Source: Chloroflexota bacterium
GTDB lineage: Bacteria; Chloroflexota; Dehalococcoidia; Lucifugimonadales; Lucifugimonadaceae
Assembly: GCA_002719295.1 (NCBI GenBank)
Contig: PBHC01000008.1
Span: 109,487-139,274 of the forward strand
Reading direction: 5' to 3'
DNA: 29,788 bases
Positions 9,180-17,344 of this stretch are shown here, piece after piece; positions within the stretch are counted from its first letter, which is position 1, and each line of letters begins with the position of its first letter. Both the position numbers and the translations under genes were made by a program. The notes below the pieces were generated by a model that saw only the letters and a list, made by a program, of their open reading frames with translations, was not told where the DNA came from and ran no database searches.

Positions 9180-9896
9180 TTACTCCACATTTGCTTTATA
9201 ACCCACCCCTCTTACAGTCAAAATTTTTTTAGGTTTAGAATTATTTTCTTCGATTTTTTCCCTAATCCATCTAACGTGAACATCAACTGTTCTTGTGTCT
9301 CCAAAATAGTCAAATCCCCATATATCCTGAACCAATTTTTCCCTTGTATACACTTTGCCAGGATTACTCATTAATACATATGCAAGATCAAATTCTTTAG
9401 GTCTAAAAAATTTCACATCACCATCAATTTTTATTTCTCTCTTTTCCAAATCAAATGAAACTCCCAAATGATTGAAATTTTTTTTTGAAACATTTTTATA
9501 ATTTTCAAATGATATTTTATTCCTTCTTATATTTGATTTTATTCTTGCCAAAAGTTCAGGCATGCTAAAAGGTTTAGAAACATAGTCATCTGCTCCAAGT
9601 TCTAAGCCTAAAACTTTATCTATATCAGTATCTCTAGCCGTAATCATTATTATTGGAGTGTTTATATTCTCATATCTAACTCTTTTACATATTTCCATTC
9701 CATCTAAATTTGGCAACATAATATCTAACAGAATGAGATCAAATGGATTTTGTAGAATAGTGTCTAAAGCATCTATTCCGTTTTCTTCTAAGCTAACAGA
9801 ATAGTTTTCAGCAATAAGATTATATCTTAATGCATCTCTGATACTTTTATCGTCTTCAACTATTAGAACTCTAGGTTTTTGGGGTAACGATAACAT
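9180..9896 (-). CDS. phoB: OmpR/PhoB family response regulator (PhoB/PhoP)
   Basis: VLIVEDD, phosphoacceptor DLILLDIMLP, GLELGADDYVSKPF and winged helix DTRTVDVHVRWIREKIE...ILTVRGVGYK; adjacent to phoR and pstCA. Confidence 0.92.
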   Translation of the reverse strand: MLSLPQKPRVLIVEDDKSIRDALRYNLIAENYSVSLEENGIDALDTILQNPFDLILLDIMLPNLDGMEICKRVRYENINTPIIMITARDTDIDKVLGLELGADDYVSKPFSMPELLARIKSNIRRNKISFENYKNVSKKNFNHLGVSFDLEKREIKIDGDVKFFRPKEFDLAYVLMSNPGKVYTREKLVQDIWGFDYFGDTRTVDVHVRWIREKIEENNSKPKKILTVRGVGYKANVE

Positions 9897-9959
9897 TAAA
9901 TAAATCAGTTTTTTTTAATATTATATATACCCTTATTACAAAGATATATTAAGAGTCAA

Positions 9960-10112
9960 TTAGGAAATCTTTGTTTTTTTTCTCCTAGAAGGATTAGAAA
10001 AAGAATTTTTACTAAATCCGCACATAAGACAGGTTATCGATTTACCTTGTGAATCTTGATTATATTCAATTGTTCCCTTAGTACATTTTGGGCATGAATT
10101 AAAATAAAGCAT
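9960..10112 (-). CDS. Small zinc-ribbon protein, 50 aa (CxxC-x17-CxxC)
   Basis: Hand translation: MLYFNSCPKCTKGTIEYNQDSQGKSITCLMCGFSKNSFSNPSRRKKTKIS*. Paired CPKC and CLMCG knuckles; absent from the ORF track, presumably below its length cutoff. Confidence 0.8.
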   Translation of the reverse strand: MLYFNSCPKCTKGTIEYNQDSQGKSITCLMCGFSKNSFSNPSRRKKTKIS

Positions 10113-10235
10113 AATAATTTAAATCTATGTTTTTCAAAGATATTAATTATTAAGTTTAAAAATTGCATTATAGATTAATTACAAGTTTAGTTAAAAACTG
10201 CATAATAATAATAAAAATTTGATATTATTAATTCA

Positions 10236-10430
10236 ATGGTGACTGCATCTAAAACTAATACAAAATCTCCAGTAAAAGGAATGTTTTTATTTTTTATCTC
10301 GTTCATTTTTTCAATGAGTGTTTTAATATATTTCTTTGCATGGGATTCTGCGAATAAAATCAATCAAAATAAAGACTATCAAGTTTCATGGCTTGAAGGG
10401 GGGAGCATCTTTATATGTCCTCTTCATTAA
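10236..10430 (+). CDS. Small single-pass membrane protein, 64 aa, C-terminal FICPLH
   Basis: One clean TM segment (MFLFFISFIFSMSVLIYFFAW) after a basic N-terminus. TGaTATTAT sits 7 nt before the ATG (leaderless geometry). Overlaps the MFS start by 16 nt. Confidence 0.65.
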   Translation: MVTASKTNTKSPVKGMFLFFISFIFSMSVLIYFFAWDSANKINQNKDYQVSWLEGGSIFICPLH

Positions 10431-11707
10431 GGAAAATAAAAAATAGCATATCTGAAATTGATTTTAAGCATTATGGATGGGTAATAGTTGCTGTTGGTGC
10501 AATTGCACAAATGATAGGTTCTGCTATAAGAATGGCCTTTGGAATTATAATCGATCCACTAGTAGAAGAATTTTCTTGGGATCCTAAATCTATAGGAATA
10601 GCATATGCAATCATGTCAATAGTAACTGCTTTTTCATCTCCTATAGCAGGATATGCTTCAACTATTATTGGAGCTAGAAAAACTATGTATATAGGATTAT
10701 TATTATTCCTAATAGGGATGTTATGGACAGCACTTGCATCATCTATCATAGAATTTTATATATCATATGGAATAATATTTGGATTTGCACAATCAATGTT
10801 CTTAGTTCCTGTTATTCCTGCTGTTGCGGTTTGGTTTAAAACTCGCTTAGGACTTGCCACTGGATTAATTATTGGGATGTGGAGTTTAGGTCCTGCATTA
10901 GTAATTCAAATTATGGGAATAATGTTAGATGCTGTTGGTTGGCAAACAACTTTTATAGTTAGTGGGGTTGTAGGTACTGCAATAATGATTGTTGCTCTTC
11001 AATTTTTCAGGAATACACCAAGTGATAAAAACCTATTGCCTTATGGAGCTAAAGATATAGATAAAATTAAAGATTCAAAGGATAATAAATCAAATAATTT
11101 TTCTCTAAATTTACAAAATGTAATCTATAAAACTAATGCATTTTGGAGTTTAATGAACATTCACTTTTTGGGTTGTGTCGGACATGCAGTGATTCTAATT
11201 GGCCTAGTTCCACTTATGACAAGTAAAGGTATAAGTTATACAGATTCTGTTTTTTGCTTGACTCTAATAATGATAGTTTCAATGACTACAAGATTTATAA
11301 CACCAATACTAGGAGATGGTATAAATCCTAAAACAATAATGTTTCTAGCTTTCTTAGGGCAAGGATTATTTGTTATTCCATGGGCATTCACAGAGAGCAA
11401 ATGGATGTTTTATTTAGTAGGAATATTATGGTCTATTCCTTATGGAGGAGAAGGAACTTTATTTCCAATAATGAACAGAAGATATTATGGATTTTTCCCT
11501 ATGGATACTACTTACGGTTGGCAAATTTTAGCTGCAAGTTTAGGCATGGCATTAGGAGGTTTTATTCCAGGATTAGTTTTTGATGTAACAGGTGGATATG
11601 AATTAGCAATTTGGATTTCAGCATTTTTCTCTTGTTTTGGGGCTATAGTAATTCTTACCCTGGAAACTACGAAAAAAGTTTTATCTCCATCATTTGATAA
11701 TCTCTAA
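10415..11707 (+). CDS. MFS transporter (OFA/MCT-like, substrate unknown)
   Basis: 430 aa with about 12 TM segments, HYGWVIV, VWFKTRLGLATG and GLVFDVTGGY; GGGGGAG SD upstream. Confidence 0.9.
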   Translation: MSSSLRKIKNSISEIDFKHYGWVIVAVGAIAQMIGSAIRMAFGIIIDPLVEEFSWDPKSIGIAYAIMSIVTAFSSPIAGYASTIIGARKTMYIGLLLFLIGMLWTALASSIIEFYISYGIIFGFAQSMFLVPVIPAVAVWFKTRLGLATGLIIGMWSLGPALVIQIMGIMLDAVGWQTTFIVSGVVGTAIMIVALQFFRNTPSDKNLLPYGAKDIDKIKDSKDNKSNNFSLNLQNVIYKTNAFWSLMNIHFLGCVGHAVILIGLVPLMTSKGISYTDSVFCLTLIMIVSMTTRFITPILGDGINPKTIMFLAFLGQGLFVIPWAFTESKWMFYLVGILWSIPYGGEGTLFPIMNRRYYGFFPMDTTYGWQILAASLGMALGGFIPGLVFDVTGGYELAIWISAFFSCFGAIVILTLETTKKVLSPSFDNL

Positions 11708-12721
11708 TAAACATACAGGAGAAGGGATCTCTATTTTCTGACCTGTATATTTTAAATTACCACTTTCTTTATCAATATAAAAACTAGAAATATTGTCAGA
11801 ATTCTCGTTTGCAACTAAAGCAAATTTTCCACTTTTAGAAATAGCAAAGTTTCTTGGAGTCTTACCTTCAGTAGAAATGTTTCTCTCAAAATTTAAAGCT
11901 CCATTTTCATTGATAGAAAATTGAGCCAATGAATCATGTCCTCTATTTGAACCATATAAAAATTTACCATCCTGAGAAAAATGAATATCAGCAGTGGTTG
12001 TTTCTTCTATATAATCATTTGGAATAGTTGAAATATTTTGAAAATTAGATAAGTTATTTTCTTTATCAATTTCAAAAACAGAAATAGTTGAATCAAGTTC
12101 ATTAATTGAGTATGCAATATTAAGTGAATTATTAATAACGAAATGCCTTGGACCTGCTCCAGGATTCAGATTAAAATATTTTTCAGAATTTATCTTTTGA
12201 GATTTTGGGTTAATTGTATATTTTATAATTTTATCAATCCCAAGATCACAAACGAAAAAAGTTTCATCATTAATAAAATTTATTGAATGGGCATGTGGTT
12301 CATTTTGCCTTGAAGTATTTACACTCGAACCTTTATGAGAAATTTTTTCTAAAAAGTCTATACTGCCATTTGTTATTTTATAAGTAGAAAAATCTCCAGA
12401 AGAATAGTTCACGGCAACTAAAAAATTATTCTTTGAATTAATCGCTAAATGGCAAGGGTTATCTCCGTTGGTAAAAGCTTCACTTATTTTTTCTATATTA
12501 TTACCGTTAATCTTATAGGAGGAAACAGTTCCAGGATTTGGAGATTCAGATTCACCAACTGAATATAAATATTCGTTATGAATCGCTAAAAAAGATGGGT
12601 TCAAAAGACTTTGTTTTTCAAATGAGTTGATTAGTTTAAATTTTCCATTTGATTCATCAAATTCTATAAGGTAAATACCTTTACTACCTCTTTTAGAATA
12701 TGTGCCAACAAACCAATTCAT
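11690..12721 (-). CDS. pgl: Lactonase, 7-bladed beta-propeller (6-phosphogluconolactonase/cycloisomerase 2 family)
   Basis: FVGTYS, NPSFL, PCHL, VNYSSG, RQNEPHAH, CDLGID, PGAGPRH, INELDSTI, LYGSNRGHDS and TPRNF. Confidence 0.9.
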   Translation of the reverse strand: MNWFVGTYSKRGSKGIYLIEFDESNGKFKLINSFEKQSLLNPSFLAIHNEYLYSVGESESPNPGTVSSYKINGNNIEKISEAFTNGDNPCHLAINSKNNFLVAVNYSSGDFSTYKITNGSIDFLEKISHKGSSVNTSRQNEPHAHSINFINDETFFVCDLGIDKIIKYTINPKSQKINSEKYFNLNPGAGPRHFVINNSLNIAYSINELDSTISVFEIDKENNLSNFQNISTIPNDYIEETTTADIHFSQDGKFLYGSNRGHDSLAQFSINENGALNFERNISTEGKTPRNFAISKSGKFALVANENSDNISSFYIDKESGNLKYTGQKIEIPSPVCLLEIIK

Positions 12722-12770
12722 TTTTTTATAATTTTTATATACTGTTATAGTTTAACTTAAATAAAGTTAA

Positions 12771-12845
12771 TGGTCGGGGTGACAGGATTTGAACCTGTGA
12801 CCCCCCGCTCCCAAAGCGGGTGCGCTACCGCTGCGCCACACCCCG
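12771..12845 (-). tRNA. tRNA-Pro(UGG), CCA encoded
   Basis: Reverse complement CGGGGTGTGGCGCAGCGGTAGCGCACCCGCTTTGGGAGCGGGGGGTCACAGGTTCAAATCCTGTCACCCCGACCA: acceptor stem CGGGGTG/CACCCCG, anticodon stem CCCGC/GCGGG with loop TT-TGG-GA, T-loop GTTCAAATC. Confidence 0.98.
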
Positions 12846-12884
12846 TAAGTTAACATTTTATACGTAAAACAGAAAGTTTATTCT

Positions 12885-13952
12885 ATGAAAATAACTAAAA
12901 TTGAGGCAGTATATCCAACTTATAAAGAAACTTTGAGAACATGGAGACCTAATTTATGGCAAATTATCATAAAATTACACACTGATAAAAAAGAAGTTTT
13001 TGGGTATGGAACTGGTGGAGGAGGGAAATCTTCAATAGAAATAATAAATGGTCACTTAAAAGACTTTCTAATTAATGAAGAAATAAATGATATCTCAGAC
13101 ATTAAAAATATTTTTGACAGGCTTTTTTTTGAAAGTATTCCATATGGAAGAGGAGGAGTTGCTTTGATGGCTTTATCTGCAATAGATTTAGCTATATGGG
13201 ATGCCTATAGTAAATACAGCATCACTCCTATAAAAAATCTATTAAATAACTCTCATGATCATCAAAAAAATATCAATACTTATGCAACTGGTAATAATGT
13301 AGATCAATATTATTCTTTAGGTTTAAATAATTTCAAATTAAGTATAAAATCCGAAGGGGATTTTGATAATGAACAAAAAGAGATAATAAATTTGATTAGC
13401 AAGATAAAAAAAAATTATAATGTGAAAAATATTATGATTGATTGCTATATGTCATGGGATAGGGAATATACAAAAATGATGTCAGATAAATTATCAGATA
13501 TAGGAATTGAATGGATTGAAGATATATCCACTCCTGATGAAATGCTAGTAAATGAATCAATATTAAGTGAATTAAAAGGTATCAAATTAGCAGGAGGAGA
13601 ACATGATTTCAATTATAATAATTTCAAAATCATGCACCAAAAAAATATTTATGATATTTGGCAGCCTGATATTACTTGGTGTGGAGGTATAAGCTCTATA
13701 CTAAAAATCATAGAAATTAATAAAAATAAATTTAATATAATATTGCATAGAGGTGGAGAACCTTGGGGACTACCAATTATTCAATCAGGTATTGTTAATA
13801 ATATGGCAGAGTTACATAATCCTAAAAATACAAATTTAGATTTAGAGCAATGGGAAAACCAATCTATACATACTATAGAGGATGGGGTATTAAATCCCAA
13901 AGAATATTTAGGATTTGGGGCTAATCCAAAAAAAGGGTTATTCAATGAATAA
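12885..13952 (+). CDS. Mandelate racemase/enolase superfamily enzyme (L-rhamnonate dehydratase-like)
   Basis: PYGRGG...ALSAIDLAIWD, YATG, FKL, metal ligands in MIDCYMSW, WIED and AGGEH, then QPDITWCGG and ILH. Confidence 0.85.
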   Translation: MKITKIEAVYPTYKETLRTWRPNLWQIIIKLHTDKKEVFGYGTGGGGKSSIEIINGHLKDFLINEEINDISDIKNIFDRLFFESIPYGRGGVALMALSAIDLAIWDAYSKYSITPIKNLLNNSHDHQKNINTYATGNNVDQYYSLGLNNFKLSIKSEGDFDNEQKEIINLISKIKKNYNVKNIMIDCYMSWDREYTKMMSDKLSDIGIEWIEDISTPDEMLVNESILSELKGIKLAGGEHDFNYNNFKIMHQKNIYDIWQPDITWCGGISSILKIIEINKNKFNIILHRGGEPWGLPIIQSGIVNNMAELHNPKNTNLDLEQWENQSIHTIEDGVLNPKEYLGFGANPKKGLFNE

Positions 13953-14802
13953 TATTGATAAAGAAATAGTTTTTCTTGGTACAGGAACTTCCGAGGGAGT
14001 CCCTAGAGTTAGCTGTCTAACAAATGATTCTAACTGTATTGTATGCAATGATGCAGTCAAGCCAAATTCAAAGAACAGAAGATTAAACACAAGTATTTTA
14101 TTAAAAATAACAAACCAAAAAACTCAAAAAAATATAATTATAGATGCAGGGAAATTTTTTTATCAGTCTGCTATTAAATTATTTCCAATTCATAATGTTG
14201 ATTCAATTGATGCTGTAATTCTTACTCATGCACACCAAGATGCAGCAGGAGGCTTTGATGACTTAAGAGACTGGACAAATAATACACAAAGTAAAATTCC
14301 AATTTTCTTAAGAAAAGTAGATTTAGATGTAGTAAAAAAAACATTTTATTATTTAGTTGATACAACAAAAATTACATCTGGTGGTACTGTTGCAAAACTA
14401 GAATTTAATGAAATCAATGATGAAAAGATAAATATATTAGGTCAAGATTTCATTCCTCTAAATGTAAATCATGGAGAAAATTATTTTGCAAATGGTTATA
14501 GAATTGATGATTTTTCATATATAAGTGATTGTTCATATATTCCAAAAAATACTATGAAGAAAATAAAAGGAAGCGAAATAATAGTTTTAGATGCATTACG
14601 CCAAGGAAGAAAACATAAATCGCACTTAACTTTAGAAGAATCCATAGAAATAATATTAGAATTAAAACCTAAGTTGGCTTTTTTTACTGATGCTTGCCAT
14701 GATATTAATCATGAAGAAGTGAATGAATTTCTTGAAATTATTTCAGAAAAATCAAATATAAAAATGCAAATGGCTTTTGACGGTTTAAGTTTGAAAATCT
14801 AA
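13945..14802 (+). CDS. MBL-fold metallo-hydrolase (PhnP/YycJ-like)
   Basis: FLGTGTSEGVP, CIVC, NRRLNTSILL, IIIDAG, THAHQDA, VNHG, YISDC, LDAL and SHLT. The likely start is ATG 13945, overlapping the upstream stop (ATGAATAA), rather than the track's 13915. Confidence 0.88.
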   Translation: MNNIDKEIVFLGTGTSEGVPRVSCLTNDSNCIVCNDAVKPNSKNRRLNTSILLKITNQKTQKNIIIDAGKFFYQSAIKLFPIHNVDSIDAVILTHAHQDAAGGFDDLRDWTNNTQSKIPIFLRKVDLDVVKKTFYYLVDTTKITSGGTVAKLEFNEINDEKINILGQDFIPLNVNHGENYFANGYRIDDFSYISDCSYIPKNTMKKIKGSEIIVLDALRQGRKHKSHLTLEESIEIILELKPKLAFFTDACHDINHEEVNEFLEIISEKSNIKMQMAFDGLSLKI

Positions 14803-14884
14803 GTTAGTAATTCTATTATTTATAGAATAGCATTAGTTATTATAATCTTAATCATACAGACTCAAAAATAACTTCTGAGAAAAT

Positions 14885-16054
14885 CTATTTTGAAGATTTA
14901 ATAGTTAGTCGTAAGGTTATATAACCAAATACACCTGCTAGCAAGGAAGCTAATAATACTCCTAATCTTACAGATGTTTGATATTCTGGATCAGTGAATG
15001 CCAAACTCCCGATAAACAAACTCATAGTAAATCCAATTCCTGTTACTAATGAAAGTCCATAATATTGTGCCCAAGATATATCTGAAGGTAATTTACATAT
15101 TCTTAAAACACTCCCTAAATAAGTGAATAGCATTACACCAATTTGTTTGCCAAAAAATAATCCTAATATTATACCTAAAGTTACCGGGTCCCAAACAAGA
15201 TTTAATTTCATTCCTGAAAAAGAAACACCCGCATTGGCAAATGCAAAAATTGGCAAAATAATAAAATTTACTGATGGTTCTATTGAATGTTCTAGTTTTT
15301 TAAGAGGAGAGTCTACCAAAGAATTTTTAGATTTTAAAGGAATAAAAAAAGCTAATAGGACTCCAGCTAAACTTGCATGTATACCAGATTTTAGTACAAA
15401 CACCCAGAGTAAAATCCCTAATAAAATATATGGAAACAAATTATTGATTTTCCTATTATTTATTAAAAATAAAATAGAAGTAGCAATTGCTGCAAAAATT
15501 AAGTAATTTATTGACAAGTTTGAAGTGTAGAATGAGGCAATAATTATTATTGCAATAAGATCATCTATTATCGCAATCGCTACTAAAGTAACTTTCAGAG
15601 AAATTGGAACTCTATTTCCGAGTAATGTAACTACGCCTAATGCAAATGCTATATCTGTAGCTGTTGGTATAGCCCATCCATTAGTAGTTACTTCGTTACC
15701 AAAATTTAAACTTAAATAAATAATTGCAGGTATAGTTATTCCTCCTATAGCAGCAACGGCAGGTAAACTAAATTGTTCTCTTGTAGAAAGGTGTCCTTGG
15801 ATCAATTCTCTTTTGATTTCCAAACCCACCAAAAGGAAGAAAATAGCCATTAATCCATCATTGATCCAGTGATGTATATCTTTATCTATAGAAAAATTAA
15901 AAACTTTTATATTAAAAGAAGTATGTAGAAGTTTAGAATATGAATCGCTTAGAAAAGAGTTTTCAACAAGTATTGCAGCTACTGCTGCTAAAAGTAATAA
16001 AATCCCTGGGGCTGATTTTAATTTGAAAAAATTTTTAATATTTTGTATTATCAT
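14885..16054 (-). CDS. nhaA: Na+/H+ antiporter NhaA
   Basis: HWINDGLMAIFFLLVGLEIKRE, GWAIPTATDIAFALG, catalytic AIIDDL, KSGIHA, FAFANAGV, GKQIG and GIGFTMSLFI. Confidence 0.97.
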   Translation of the reverse strand: MIIQNIKNFFKLKSAPGILLLLAAVAAILVENSFLSDSYSKLLHTSFNIKVFNFSIDKDIHHWINDGLMAIFFLLVGLEIKRELIQGHLSTREQFSLPAVAAIGGITIPAIIYLSLNFGNEVTTNGWAIPTATDIAFALGVVTLLGNRVPISLKVTLVAIAIIDDLIAIIIIASFYTSNLSINYLIFAAIATSILFLINNRKINNLFPYILLGILLWVFVLKSGIHASLAGVLLAFFIPLKSKNSLVDSPLKKLEHSIEPSVNFIILPIFAFANAGVSFSGMKLNLVWDPVTLGIILGLFFGKQIGVMLFTYLGSVLRICKLPSDISWAQYYGLSLVTGIGFTMSLFIGSLAFTDPEYQTSVRLGVLLASLLAGVFGYITLRLTIKSSK

Positions 16055-16098
16055 ATATTCTTTAATTTAAATTAATAAATTTTAGTTATTAATTTTAA

Positions 16099-16983
16099 TC
16101 ACCTAATTATATTTTTAGGTTTCCAGAAATTTTTAGACTCATCAAAAGTTAGTAATCCAATAAATTTATCATTAATATTATATATTTTTATTTCTTCTTC
16201 TTTCAATAAACTTAAATTCAAATTTTCAGAAGAAAAAACAGTTCCATTAAAATATAATTGCTCCGATTCATTATCAAAAACTAATTTTTTGTTATCAAAA
16301 AAGATTGAATCAACAGATATAAGTTTTTTTTCTAATTCATTAATATTTTGTATATTTATAGAGTCTTTAATAACAAAAGGTCCATAATTTATTCTAGATA
16401 AGCTTATTAGAACTCCTAAGGTATCAAGTTTTTTTGCCAAATCATTTGCAAAACTTCGAACATAAAAACCGCTTGAACAACTAATAATTAGCTTTAAAAC
16501 GGGAGTTTCCCAACTAATTATTTTAATTTCACTAACTTCTACTTCTCTTGATTCGATTTCTATCTCTTCATCATTTCTTGCATATTCATACAACCTTTTT
16601 CCATGTTTTTTTAAGGCGCTATATTTGGGGGGAAATTGTTTTATTAATCCTAAAAAATGGCAAAGAGTTTCTTCAATTTTTTCTATATTTTCTGGCATGT
16701 TTTCAGTTTCGCCATCAATTTCTCCTTCTAAATCATAAGATTTAGTAGAAATACCAAACTTAATCTCTGCCAAATAAGATTTCTTGAAATGTTGAAAATA
16801 ATCAAAATATTTAGTTGAATCATTAATTAAAATCGGTAGAATTCCTGTAGCTAGTGGATCTAAAGTTCCTGCATGACCAATTTTTTTAAACTTATTTTTT
16901 GATTTGATTTTTCTTATCACATCATTTGATGTCCATTGATATGGTTTGTCTACTATTATTATTCCGCTCTCAAGAAAAGTCAT
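16099..16983 (-). CDS. truB: tRNA pseudouridine(55) synthase TruB
   Basis: VDKP, KIGHAGTLDPLATG, PPKYSALK...RLYEYAR and CSSGFYVRS. Confidence 0.96.
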   Translation of the reverse strand: MTFLESGIIIVDKPYQWTSNDVIRKIKSKNKFKKIGHAGTLDPLATGILPILINDSTKYFDYFQHFKKSYLAEIKFGISTKSYDLEGEIDGETENMPENIEKIEETLCHFLGLIKQFPPKYSALKKHGKRLYEYARNDEEIEIESREVEVSEIKIISWETPVLKLIISCSSGFYVRSFANDLAKKLDTLGVLISLSRINYGPFVIKDSINIQNINELEKKLISVDSIFFDNKKLVFDNESEQLYFNGTVFSSENLNLSLLKEEEIKIYNINDKFIGLLTFDESKNFWKPKNIIR

Positions 16984-16989
16984 TTTTTA

Positions 16990-17340
16990 CTATTTCTCGA
17001 AATAAACTTCATCAATTAGCTCATCTATTTGTCTTTGAAATTCAGATGATTTATCTAAATAAAATTTTATTTTTGGAATTCTAGAGGTTCTAATCTTACT
17101 TGAAATAATTTTTTGAAAATAGAAAGCACTATCATTTAATTTCATAACTATTTCTTCAGAATCATTATTTAATTCATCAAAAATACTAACAAAAACTTTA
17201 CTATATGAAAGATCTTTACTAGTTACTACTCTCATAATTGAAATCATAGAAATATCTGAATAATCTTCTAAAGTTGAAATGGATTCACCAATTATTTTTT
17301 TTACAGTTTTATTAAATTTTTCTAATCTAAAATCAACCAT
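16990..17340 (-). CDS. rbfA: Ribosome-binding factor A
   Basis: ISIMRVVTSKDLSYSKVFVS and RIPKIKFYLD; located between infB and truB. Confidence 0.92.
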   Translation of the reverse strand: MVDFRLEKFNKTVKKIIGESISTLEDYSDISMISIMRVVTSKDLSYSKVFVSIFDELNNDSEEIVMKLNDSAFYFQKIISSKIRTSRIPKIKFYLDKSSEFQRQIDELIDEVYFEK

Positions 17341-17344
17341 AAAT

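Noticed and set aside
9897..9959. In-frame fusion of the zinc-ribbon ORF to phoB (gap is 63 nt)
   Set aside because: The gap contains another in-frame TAA, so readthrough cannot join them.
12722..12884. tRNA-Pro as an integration site for a genomic island
   Set aside because: I saw no integrase, no duplicated tRNA 3' end and no obvious compositional shift in the window.
13945..14802. MBL hydrolase as true PhnP of a C-P lyase pathway under Pho control
   Set aside because: No phnG-M genes in the window, no Pho-box-like repeat seen upstream of its operon, and the metal motif is altered.
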